From positions 3,052-67,051 of the forward strand of contig CAADSS010000011.1 in the NCBI GenBank assembly GCA_900751695.1: a stretch of 64,000 nucleotides of DNA, given 5' to 3'. Under the pieces are notes generated by a model that did no database searches, was not told the DNA's origin, and worked only from the letters and a program-made list of their open reading frames with translations. A program made the translations under genes and the position numbers. Shown here in pieces: positions 52,306-61,378 of the stretch (the first letter of the stretch is position 1; each line of letters opens with the position of its first letter). The DNA comes from an uncultured Collinsella sp. (GTDB lineage Bacteria > Actinomycetota > Coriobacteriia > Coriobacteriales > Coriobacteriaceae).

Positions 52306-55188
52306 CTAAATAAATACGTCGACGAGGATGGGCATAAGGTTGAGCAGGCCAAACACCAGCGCCACGCCCCATCCGAGCCTAAAGCAGCTGCGCCAGGTGC
52401 TGCGTGCGAAGGTGTTGTCGATCAGCACCTCGACAAAATACGTCGCAGCCATCACGACCAGGGCTACGACCCAGCTCACCGGGTTGTCCCAAACAAAGAA
52501 CATGCCCACCCACATCAAAAACAGCACGGTCTCGCACCAGTGCATAAGGGTCATCTTGGCCAGCGTGCCGCCGCTCATCTCGGTGGCGACGCCCTGGACG
52601 ATCTCCTGATGCGCGTGATGCGAGTACGAAAGGTCAAACGGCGACTTGCGCAGCTTGATGGTGAGCACCGCGAGCAGCGCGAGGAAAATGGGCGCGCTGT
52701 ACACGATGATGGGGGCCGACTGCCCCGTCACGGCGATGGAATCGAAGCTGTCGGTGGCAAGGTACAGGCCCACGCTCATCAGCAAAACGGCGGGCTCGTA
52801 ACTCATGACCTGCAGCAGCTCACGGTCGGCGCCGACCTGGGCAAACGGGCTTTGCGTCGAGGCGGACGCCAACACCACAAAGATCGCAGCGAGGGTCACC
52901 ATAAAAGCGCACAACAGCGTGTTGGAACCCGACACAAAGATGCCGCCGCCCACCACGGTAAAGATGAGCGCGCACGCCATGTAGGTATCGTCCATGGTGT
53001 TTACGCTGGCGGGGGCCTTGCGCAGCAGCTTGGCCACATCGTAGAAAGGCTGGAGCAGGCGCGGGCCCACGCGGCCCTGCATGCGGGCCGAAAGTTTGCG
53101 GTCAACGCCGTCGATCAGGCCGCCCACAAGCGGCGCCAGTAAGGCAAATGCCACGGTGCCAATAAAAATGCCCACGACGCCCGAACCTTCAAAATACTTG
53201 CCGCGCAGCACCGAGGGCGCACTCATGGCAAGTCGCTCGGGCCCAATCCACGCGCAACACAGCAGCGCAAACAAGATAATGCTGCAGCACACGACGCTAC
53301 CCGCGGGGCCAATACGCTTCTCGCCAAGGGCGTCCTCCGAGTACCAATTGCGCTTTTCGGCCTTCACCTCGTGTCCCATCGAGCCGCGGAAATGGCGATA
53401 TTTGTCGGTCCCCACGCCCGAAAGGTACACGTTGACGTGCGGTTTGTTGCTCACGCGGAATGAAGTCAGCAGCACCACGGCGATAAACGCCACGATAACC
53501 ACCATCAGGTACATGGCGTCCTTGCCAATAACGTACGGCACGCGGCCAAACACCATGGCCAAGTAAGGCGACACCAGACCGCTCGAGATAACCGGGAACG
53601 CCACGCAGCACAGAATCAGCAGCGCGGCGATGGTGTTGAGGGCCATCCATTCGGTCTTATGGACATTGACCTCAACGTTTTGAGCCGTGGGGTCGACGCC
53701 CGAAAGCTTGGCAAGCCACTTGCCCCAGAAGAAGAACGTCGCGGCCGAGCCAAAGGCAAGCACCATGATCATGAGCACGTTGCCGGTCTGCGCGAACGCC
53801 ACCAGAGCGCCCCACTTGGACACGAGCATGCCAAACGGCGCCACAAACATGCCCATGATGCCCAGCATCATCAGGCGCGTCAGGTGCGGCATGCGGCTGA
53901 ACATGCCGTCCATGTCCTCGATATCGCGGCTGCCGATATGATGCTCGGCCGTGCCCACGCACAGGAACAGCAGCGACTTTGCCACCGTGTGGAACAGGAT
54001 CAGGAAGATGGCCGCCCATACGGCCTCGGGCGCGCCGACACCCAAGCAAGCACTGATGAGGCCCAAGTTGGAAATGGTGGAGTACGCGAGCACGCGCTTG
54101 GCATTGCTCTGCGAGATGGCCATAAGGGCAGCGAGCAAAAACGTGATGGCGCCCACGCTCGTGACCATAAAGCCGGTCACGGGATAGATGGCATAGAGCG
54201 GGCTCAGCTTGACCATCAGGAACACGCCGGCTTTGACCATGGTTGACGAGTGCAGCAGGGCGCTCGTGGGCGTGGGGGCAACCATGGCACCCAACAGCCA
54301 AGTGTGGAACGGCATCTGTGCGGCCTTGGTGAGCGCGGCGAGCGACAACAGGATGACCGGCATCACCAGCAGCGCGGACTGCGCGGTTCCGGCGCCGGAA
54401 AGCTCAATCATGCCCGAGATGGTCAGCGGCATGCCGTTCACGTGCAGGTACATGAGTCCGGCCAAAAACGCGATGCCGCCCAGCATGTTGAGGATGATCT
54501 GGGTAAAGGCGTTTTTAATGGCCTCGGGCGTGCGCGTGTAGCCAATCATAAGGAACGAGCACACGGTGGTGATTTCCCAGCCGCAGAACAGCCACTCAAG
54601 GTTGTCGCTCGTCACGATGACGAACATGGCCGAGAGGAACAGGAACATAAGCGCCAGGAACTGCGGACGACGGTCGGGCGCGGTCTGCCCGCGCAGCGCG
54701 GCCTCGTGCTCATCATGGGCCTGGAAGTCCTTCATGTAGCCCAAAGCGTAGATACAGATAAGGCTGCCGACGATGCCGACGGCGAGGACCATGATCACGC
54801 TCATGTAGTCTAGGTAGAGCGGCGTCGCCGTGACGGCTTCGGCCGCAGGCAGCGTCATGGCCGCAAAGACGAGCGAGCCCACCAGCTGGACTATGCCGAG
54901 CACCGTGGTAAGCACGCTCTTATATTTGTGCGCGTTGTACAGGATGACGGCGCACAGAATTACGTCGATGACGGAGCTGATGATCGAGAGCGCATGCGAG
55001 GTACCGGGGGCAATCTCAAAGCTCTGCGGACCCGTGCAAAAAAACATGACGGCGACTACAACTGTCACCGCCATGATAATGCCGGAGCCTATGAGTCCCA
55101 CCGCATCGCGGGCGCGGTCACCGCGCGCGAGCAGCATGCCCAGCGCCGGTACCAGCGGAAACAGGGTAAGGAAATACAGTAGCGTCAT
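52306..55188 (-). CDS. Fused EchA (NuoL/MrpA-like) - EchB (NuoH-like) membrane subunit
   Basis: WEITT, KAAQMPFHTWL, APTPTSALLHSSTMV, then DRKLSARMQGRVGP, KLRKSPFD in one reading frame. Confidence 0.85.
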   Translation of the reverse strand: MTLLYFLTLFPLVPALGMLLARGDRARDAVGLIGSGIIMAVTVVVAVMFFCTGPQSFEIAPGTSHALSIISSVIDVILCAVILYNAHKYKSVLTTVLGIVQLVGSLVFAAMTLPAAEAVTATPLYLDYMSVIMVLAVGIVGSLICIYALGYMKDFQAHDEHEAALRGQTAPDRRPQFLALMFLFLSAMFVIVTSDNLEWLFCGWEITTVCSFLMIGYTRTPEAIKNAFTQIILNMLGGIAFLAGLMYLHVNGMPLTISGMIELSGAGTAQSALLVMPVILLSLAALTKAAQMPFHTWLLGAMVAPTPTSALLHSSTMVKAGVFLMVKLSPLYAIYPVTGFMVTSVGAITFLLAALMAISQSNAKRVLAYSTISNLGLISACLGVGAPEAVWAAIFLILFHTVAKSLLFLCVGTAEHHIGSRDIEDMDGMFSRMPHLTRLMMLGIMGMFVAPFGMLVSKWGALVAFAQTGNVLMIMVLAFGSAATFFFWGKWLAKLSGVDPTAQNVEVNVHKTEWMALNTIAALLILCCVAFPVISSGLVSPYLAMVFGRVPYVIGKDAMYLMVVIVAFIAVVLLTSFRVSNKPHVNVYLSGVGTDKYRHFRGSMGHEVKAEKRNWYSEDALGEKRIGPAGSVVCCSIILFALLCCAWIGPERLAMSAPSVLRGKYFEGSGVVGIFIGTVAFALLAPLVGGLIDGVDRKLSARMQGRVGPRLLQPFYDVAKLLRKAPASVNTMDDTYMACALIFTVVGGGIFVSGSNTLLCAFMVTLAAIFVVLASASTQSPFAQVGADRELLQVMSYEPAVLLMSVGLYLATDSFDSIAVTGQSAPIIVYSAPIFLALLAVLTIKLRKSPFDLSYSHHAHQEIVQGVATEMSGGTLAKMTLMHWCETVLFLMWVGMFFVWDNPVSWVVALVVMAATYFVEVLIDNTFARSTWRSCFRLGWGVALVFGLLNLMPILVDVFI

Positions 55189-55368
55189 ACCATCACTCCC
55201 CCATGCAAAAACGCTGCAATTGTTTAACGTTATAGCTCAATTGATGAGTAGCGGCGGCGGGTTTTCGGTCAACTGGGGAGTTTTAGGCGTACGGGGCAAG
55301 GGCACGTCCGCTTTGGAGCAGAGAGGCGGCAAGAAAAATGCGCCCCTGTGGGCGCACCATCCCGTTTG

Positions 55369-55773
55369 CTATTCCGCCTTTTTAACGCGCGGCTTGCGAC
55401 CGCGCGGCTTATCGACCAGTGCGGACTCACCGCTCTCGCGGTACTGACGGCACCAAGCCTTGACCGAAGACTCGCTGGGAATCTTGTGCTTGATCATGGC
55501 CTCGCGAACCGTCAAGCCGTTTTCCAGACGGTCCTTAACCACAGCGAGCTTTACGTCGTACGAATAGGTGTGATGATGCGAACCGGCATTGAGAACGGCG
55601 TCGGCACCGCCCACGGCATACGCGCGGGCCCACTGACGAGCCGTGGCCTGGGGAATGCCAAGCTCCGCGGCGAGAGCGCGATGACCGACCCCCTCTTGGA
55701 GGATCTCGACGGCGCGCTGCCTAACCTCGGGCGCATGCGTGCGAGTCCTAGTTGCTTCCGACATACCTGCCAC
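55369..55773 (-). CDS. Tandem-HTH protein resembling IS3-family OrfA, orphan
   Basis: Two HTH units ending W.R.Y..G..AL and KPRGRKP; no integrase ORF follows. Confidence 0.7.
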   Translation of the reverse strand: MAGMSEATRTRTHAPEVRQRAVEILQEGVGHRALAAELGIPQATARQWARAYAVGGADAVLNAGSHHHTYSYDVKLAVVKDRLENGLTVREAMIKHKIPSESSVKAWCRQYRESGESALVDKPRGRKPRVKKAE

Positions 55774-56102
55774 TTCTTAGCCTTAGCCGTTAATCTGCTT
55801 TCTTACGTGCAAGTTAGATAGTAGCATTTTACTGTTTGCTCAAAGCAGTTAATTAAAATAGACGCGGCGTTATCTGGGCATTTGGCACCAAATTACGACA
55901 TTTCTTTATCGATTATTTACGCTGGTAGCTGACTCGCAGCTAATCGTCATTCGCTTGTCAACAAAATTGGCATCTCTTTATGTCCTTTGGTATAGAGGAT
56001 ATAGTTATTAACCCCTCCCCCAATATTTTTGAGTGATCTGCAAGGCAGTAGACGTCCTCACTCCTCATGATTACCGCGCATTGCCATTCATCGGAGCAAA
56101 AC

Positions 56103-56138
56103 AAAAAGGGCGGGACCTGCTGCGCTTGCAGGCCCCGC
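56103..56138 (-). terminator. Intrinsic terminator after bilR
   Basis: gcggg.cctgc stem with T-tract on the minus strand. Confidence 0.65.
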
Positions 56139-56213
56139 ACCGGTTGACACCCGACGGGACACAGCCGGGCGAGACGGATCCGTGCTACCGCCCCGCCTGG
56201 CCGCGATGTTCAA

Positions 56214-58244
56214 CTACAGCTCGTTGGCCGCGTGATACGCCGTGCGAATGGCGCTCGCAATGTCGGCGGTGCGCTCACCCGAGCAGTCGCCCACGCAGGT
56301 CACGGGCACCGTCACGCCATCCAGGTCAAACGCGTTGGCCTTGGAGCCCACGGCCATCACCACGTAATCGCAGGCGATCTTCACCGGCTCCTCGGCGCCG
56401 TCCTCGGTGGTGCGAACAGCCTCCACGCCCTCGTCGGTAATGGCGGTCAGGCGGGTCTTAACATGCTGCTCCACGTTGTGCTCTGCAAAGTCGCTCATAA
56501 TCAGCGGCAGAATGGTCTCGGACTCGCCCGCGGCAATCTTGTCGAGCATCTCCACGATCGCCACCTCGCAGCCGTGCTGCAGCAGGTACTCGGCAGTCTC
56601 GGTGCCCACCAGGCCGCCGCCAATGACGGCGACGCGGCCGCTGAGCTCCACCTTGCCGGCCAGCACGTCCCAGCTCGAGACGACCTTCTCCGAATCGGCA
56701 CCCGGAACGGGGATGACCACGTCGTGTGCGCCCACGGCCACAATCGCAGCGTCGGCGGCGTTGAGGTCCTCAGCGGTAGCGGCATGGTTGAGCTCGACCT
56801 TCACGCCCAGGCCGGGCAGAATCTTCTCGTAGTACTCGACCGAGCGCATGATCTCGTCCTTGCGCGGAGGCGCGGCCGCCAGCACAATCTGGCCGCCCAG
56901 ATGATCGCTCGCCTCGTAGACGGTCACGTCGTAGCCGCGCTTGGCCGCCACGCGCGCGGCCTCCAGACCGGCGATGCCGCCGCCCACCACGGCGATCTTC
57001 TTGTCGCCCTCGCCCGGCTTAATGGCGATGGTTGCCTCATCGCCGTTCTCGGCATTGAGCACGCACGAGATGTACTTGCGGTTTTGAATCGCATCGACGC
57101 AGCCCTTGTTGCAGTTGAGGCACTCGCGGATGGGCTCACCCGTGGCGGCCTTCAGCGCAATGTCGGGGTCGCACATGAGCGAGCGGCCATAGGCGATGAT
57201 GTCGGCGGCGCCGTCTTCCAGAATCTTCTCGCCGGCCTCAACCGAGACAACGCGGCCGACGGTTGCCACCGGCACGGAGACCAGGGCCTTGACGCGCTCG
57301 GCCACGGGCAGCGTCCAGTTGTAGGGCATGGCGCCCATGGGCGGAATGGTGTCGCCCATGTTGCCGGTGTGGTTGGCCTGTGCGACCTGAATCATATCGA
57401 TGCCCGTACCCTCGAGCAGCTTGGCGAACTCGCAGGCCTCGTCGGGCTGCAGGCCACCCTTGCCGCGCGGCGTGCCGTCGGGGTTCTCCATGATCACGGG
57501 GAGCTTGTACTCCACCATCAGCTGCGGCGCGGCCTCCTTAATGGCGGCGACGACCTCCAGCGCGTAGCGAACGCGGTTCTCGAACGAGCCACCGTACTCG
57601 TCGGTGCGCTGGTTGAGGATTGCCGAGCACAGCGAACCCACCAGACGGTCGCCGTGGACCTCGATGGCATCGATCCCGGCCTGCTGCGCGCGAGCGGCCG
57701 AGGCAGCGATGGCCTCCTTGATCTGGGTAAGCTGCTCTACGCTCGCCTCGTTCACAAAGTGCTGCATGTCGTGGTGCAGCTTGGCGTAGGCCTGGTTGCG
57801 AATCTCGTTGGACTCGGCCATCTTGGCGGAAAAGGTCTCCTCGTCGCCAGCGGCCTTGGCCTCCTGCGCGGCCTTGGCGGCAGCCATGGATCCCATGACC
57901 ATGCGGCCGACACCGGGCACGTCGTACTCGGGGTGGAACAGCTGCAGCGCGACCTTGGCGCCGTGCTTGTGGACGGCATCGGCCAGGGCCTTAAACGTGG
58001 GGATCTGAGCGTCGGTCGCCAGCTTGGGCGTGGGGCTTGCGGTCATGACGGGAGCAACGTCGCCGATGACGATGTAGCTCACGCCGCCACGGGCCAGGCG
58101 CTCGTAAAAAGCCAGGCTGCGCTCGCCAATGGAACCGTCGCGCTCCTCGTAACCGGTGGTCAGCGGCGGGAACATAATGCGGTTCTTGAGCTCAAGGGGG
58201 CCAACCGTAATGGGCTGGAGCAGCTTGGATGCAGGTGTGGTCAT
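56214..58244 (-). CDS. bilR: Bilirubin reductase, long form (OYE TIM barrel + Fe-S + FAD/NAD domains)
   Basis: EVHGDR replaces the usual HxxHGY; CLNCNKGC..C cluster; two GGG Rossmann motifs; start 58244 preferred on RBS spacing. Confidence 0.8.
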   Translation of the reverse strand: MTTPASKLLQPITVGPLELKNRIMFPPLTTGYEERDGSIGERSLAFYERLARGGVSYIVIGDVAPVMTASPTPKLATDAQIPTFKALADAVHKHGAKVALQLFHPEYDVPGVGRMVMGSMAAAKAAQEAKAAGDEETFSAKMAESNEIRNQAYAKLHHDMQHFVNEASVEQLTQIKEAIAASAARAQQAGIDAIEVHGDRLVGSLCSAILNQRTDEYGGSFENRVRYALEVVAAIKEAAPQLMVEYKLPVIMENPDGTPRGKGGLQPDEACEFAKLLEGTGIDMIQVAQANHTGNMGDTIPPMGAMPYNWTLPVAERVKALVSVPVATVGRVVSVEAGEKILEDGAADIIAYGRSLMCDPDIALKAATGEPIRECLNCNKGCVDAIQNRKYISCVLNAENGDEATIAIKPGEGDKKIAVVGGGIAGLEAARVAAKRGYDVTVYEASDHLGGQIVLAAAPPRKDEIMRSVEYYEKILPGLGVKVELNHAATAEDLNAADAAIVAVGAHDVVIPVPGADSEKVVSSWDVLAGKVELSGRVAVIGGGLVGTETAEYLLQHGCEVAIVEMLDKIAAGESETILPLIMSDFAEHNVEQHVKTRLTAITDEGVEAVRTTEDGAEEPVKIACDYVVMAVGSKANAFDLDGVTVPVTCVGDCSGERTADIASAIRTAYHAANEL

Positions 58245-58391
58245 GGACATTCCTCTCTTGTAGGCGCGGCGGCGATGATGCCGCGTAGTTATCTAGAGGA
58301 TATGGCATGGGAATACAGCAGCGCAACGGAAATCGGCGGACAGCAGGTAGCGGCAGGTGGATGGGGATGGGCGGGGCGGCCCGTCGGTTTA

Positions 58392-58688
58392 TCTCAATCT
58401 GTAACAGTTACGCGGCAAAACCGGGTCTTACTGTTACAGATCGAGACATTCCTCTCGGCCCATCCTCAACAATCTAGATCTGTAACAGCTAGGCCCACTT
58501 TTGGCCCCTATCTGTTACAGATCGAGACAAACCAAACCCGCCTGCTAGAAAATCTAAATCTGTAACAGTTACTCGGCAAAATCCGTCCCTCGTGTTACAG
58601 ATTTAGACAAACACGACCCAACCCACCGGTATATCTCGATCTGTAACACCAAGCCGCCCAAATCGGGTCTAGATGTTACAGATCGAGA
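58392..58688. repeat. 8-unit array of 15-bp motif TCTCGATCTGTAACA in alternating orientation
   Basis: Units start at 58392, 58432, 58473, 58513, 58553, 58593, 58634, 58674. Confidence 0.95.
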
Positions 58689-58739
58689 TTTTGTTTGAGA
58701 GGCCGAGAATTGGACCGAAAACACAGTCCCGGAATAACA

Positions 58740-58768
58740 AAAAAGCTCGCCGGCTAGGCCGACGAGCT
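58740..58768 (-). terminator. Intrinsic terminator after tRNA
   Basis: agctcg.cgg stem followed by T-tract on the minus strand. Confidence 0.7.
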
Positions 58769-58777
58769 GCAAGTTCT

Positions 58778-58854
58778 TGGTCGCGGGGGCAGGATTTGAA
58801 CCTACGACCTCCGGGTTATGAGCCCGGCGAGCTACCAGACTGCTCCACCCCGCA
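58778..58854 (-). tRNA. tRNA-Met(CAT), initiator type
   Basis: 77-nt cloverleaf, CAT anticodon, three G-C pairs closing the anticodon stem, A11-U24, encoded CCA. Confidence 0.95.
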
Positions 58855-59051
58855 ATGTCTGGGCGCTTCATGTGCGCAAGAAAGAATATTACGCGGGAGT
58901 TCGGTAAGCGGCAAGGAAAATCTCGTAGAGCATAATTCCTTCATATTTAAAACCCCTCAGCCCCTATCACCGTAAACGAATCGCAGCCGAGCGCCGTCGG
59001 CGGCGCGTATACAATGGTGCGCGTCCTTTTATGCCAACACTGGGAGTAGAC

Positions 59052-59825
59052 ATGCTGCTCGCTATCGATATGGGAAACACGCAGACGGCCATGGGCCTGT
59101 TTGACGGAGACGAGCTGGTGCAGTCGTGGCGTATGCCCACCGACCGCTCCTATACCGCCGACGAGATCCACGTGCGCCTGATGGGTTTCTTTAAGATGTA
59201 CGGCCTTTCGCTCGATGCGGTCGACGCAATCGCCTTTGCGGGCGTGGTGCCGCAGCTCTCGCGCGAGTGGCACGCCGTGGCCGACCGCATTGCCGCGGAC
59301 GCCATCGTCATCGGGCCGCAGACGGCCGCCGTAACCAAGCTGCGGGCGGCGCGCCCCCAGGCCGTTGGTGCCGACCGCATCGCCAACGCCGTCGCTGCCG
59401 AGACCTTCTATGGCGCGCCGGCGATCGTGGTGGACTTTGGCACCGCGACCAATATCGACGTCATCGATGAGGACGGTTATTACATTGGCGGAGCGATCGC
59501 GCCGGGCATCCGCATCTCCATGGACGCGCTTGCCGCCCGTGCCGCCAAGCTCGCCAGCGTGCCGCTCGAGGCGCCCGAGCACGCCATCGGCCGCGATACC
59601 GAGGAGTGCATCAAGGTCGGCGCCGTAACGGGCGCCGCCGCCATGGCTGAGGGCCTGGTCGCGCGCATGAAGCGCGAGCTGGGCCGCGAGGATGCCACCG
59701 TTATCGCCACGGGCGGTCTCGCCAGCATCGTCGCCGATTCGACCGATGCCTTCGACGTGGTCGACGGACAGCTCACCATCAAGGGTATCTGCGAAATCTA
59801 CCGCCGCATGCAGGAGCTGGGATAG
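59052..59825 (+). CDS. coaX: Type III pantothenate kinase
   Basis: LAIDMGNT, VGADR, VVDFGTAT, GGAIAPG, ATGG; start reset to 59052. Confidence 0.95.
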   Translation: MLLAIDMGNTQTAMGLFDGDELVQSWRMPTDRSYTADEIHVRLMGFFKMYGLSLDAVDAIAFAGVVPQLSREWHAVADRIAADAIVIGPQTAAVTKLRAARPQAVGADRIANAVAAETFYGAPAIVVDFGTATNIDVIDEDGYYIGGAIAPGIRISMDALAARAAKLASVPLEAPEHAIGRDTEECIKVGAVTGAAAMAEGLVARMKRELGREDATVIATGGLASIVADSTDAFDVVDGQLTIKGICEIYRRMQELG

Positions 59826-59881
59826 GACAGGGGCTTAAGTCGAGCACGAGCGCGAGCGGCGAACTAGGCAACGCATCGGCC

Positions 59882-59922
59882 CTATTCCTCAAAATCGAAA
59901 GATTTTCAGTTTTGAGGAATAG
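59882..59922. repeat. 41-bp imperfect palindrome, copy 1
   Basis: ctattcctcaaaatcgaaagattttcagttttgaggaatag. Confidence 0.92.
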
Positions 59923-59931
59923 GGCTTTCTG

Positions 59932-61128
59932 CTAGGCCTCGTCGCACAGCCACCTCGCCAGGTCCACGATCTGCACCCCATTGCGGTCCGTGGCCTCGTG
60001 ATGCGTGCGGGCGAGAATCATCTTGGGGTACGCGTCGCCAATGCTCAGCAGTGGTGAAATCTCGCGTTCAAATGTCTTATCCGAGCTGATGTCGTCGCTC
60101 ACCTGAATGTAGAGCTTCTCGCTTCGCTTGATTGCTACAAAGTCTATTTCCTTTTTATAGAGCACGCCGACGTATACCTCGTATCCGCGGCGCAGCAGCT
60201 CGATTGCCACCATGTTCTCGTATACGCGTCCCCAATCCATATCACGTGTACCGAGCAGCGCGTATTTGAACGCGTGGTCTGCCAGGTAATACTTCTCGCC
60301 GCTCTTAAGGTATTTTTTGCCGCGGATGTCGTACCGACGAACTTTATAGAAGGCAAACGCATCGCACAGGTACCCCATGTACGTGCCGACCGTCTTGTTC
60401 GTTATCTTTAGCCCATCCGCGTTCAAAATATCCGTAATGTTACGTGCCGACGTTATGTTGGATACGTTGTCCATCATGTAATCGGCAATGCGCAGCAGCG
60501 CCGATTCGTTTCTCACGTTATGCCGCTGCACGATATCTCTCACAATGAACGTCTTAAAGACGTTGGAGAGATATTGATAGCGCTGCTCCTGCAGTGGATA
60601 AGGGTAGGAGCCGGACATACCGCCGGTTCTCGTGTACTCATCGAAGTCGCGGTCGACCTCGCCCTCGTCGCCATAGAGACGATACTCCTCAAACGAGAAT
60701 GGGAAAACCTCGATCTCGAACGTACGCCCCGTAAAGAGCGTCGACAGATCGCTCGACAGCAAAAAGGCATTCGATCCGGTAATGAATATGTCGTACTGCT
60801 CGGATGCGTGGAGGCTGTTGATCGCACGCTCAAAACCGTCGCACATCTGAACTTCATCGATAAGCAGAAAGTTTTGTTTGCCGGACACTCGATGCTCTTT
60901 TACATAGGCGAGCAGGGCATGATATTCGAGCAGGTCCTCGAACTCGTCGAGGTTGTAATTGATATGGATGACATTCGAATTGGACAGATTTGCCTCCACG
61001 TAATCGCGGAGGGCCTCGAGCAATTTTGACTTACCGCCACGGCGAATGCCCGTTATGACCTTGATGTCCGGCACGCCAATAAGGCTCGTCAACATGTCCA
61101 TGTATGACGTTCTATTGATGAGTTTCAT
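59932..61128 (-). CDS. AAA_14 ATPase with DUF4143 C-terminal domain
   Basis: GIRRGGKS, LIDEVQ, ITGSN, KYYLAD, YENMV..EL, EIDFVA..YIQV. Confidence 0.9.
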   Translation of the reverse strand: MKLINRTSYMDMLTSLIGVPDIKVITGIRRGGKSKLLEALRDYVEANLSNSNVIHINYNLDEFEDLLEYHALLAYVKEHRVSGKQNFLLIDEVQMCDGFERAINSLHASEQYDIFITGSNAFLLSSDLSTLFTGRTFEIEVFPFSFEEYRLYGDEGEVDRDFDEYTRTGGMSGSYPYPLQEQRYQYLSNVFKTFIVRDIVQRHNVRNESALLRIADYMMDNVSNITSARNITDILNADGLKITNKTVGTYMGYLCDAFAFYKVRRYDIRGKKYLKSGEKYYLADHAFKYALLGTRDMDWGRVYENMVAIELLRRGYEVYVGVLYKKEIDFVAIKRSEKLYIQVSDDISSDKTFEREISPLLSIGDAYPKMILARTHHEATDRNGVQIVDLARWLCDEA

Positions 61129-61154
61129 TGGCGCCTCCCTGCGGTCTTTTATCG

Positions 61155-61281
61155 CTATTCCTCAAAAACGAAAATTTTTCAGTTTCGAGGAATAGGCTCT
61201 GCAACGAATATACCTCGCAAAAGCCCGAGCTGGCTTAATTCTATTCCTCAAAATCGAAAAATTTTCAGTTTTGAGGAATAG
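61155..61281. repeat. 41-bp imperfect palindrome, copies 2 (61155-61195) and 3 (61241-61281)
   Basis: Near-identical to 59882-59922 and in the same orientation; they flank a minus-strand TATATT -10 candidate. Confidence 0.92.
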
Positions 61282-61378
61282 GTCCGAGGTGCTACCCCGC
61301 AGTCACGCAAAGCCCTCCCCGGCACAGGCCGAAGAGGGCTTCGTTGTCATCGTTGTCTTTGAGCGCGGGCGCCTCGCG

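Noticed and set aside
55188..55960. Complete IS3-family element
   Set aside because: No DDE integrase ORF, terminal IRs or target duplication seen
58392..58688. CRISPR array
   Set aside because: Repeats are only 15 bp, alternate in orientation, spacers share features, and there is no cas gene or leader
56214..58854. tRNA-anchored genomic island carrying bilR
   Set aside because: No integrase and no duplicated tRNA 3' end noticed by eye
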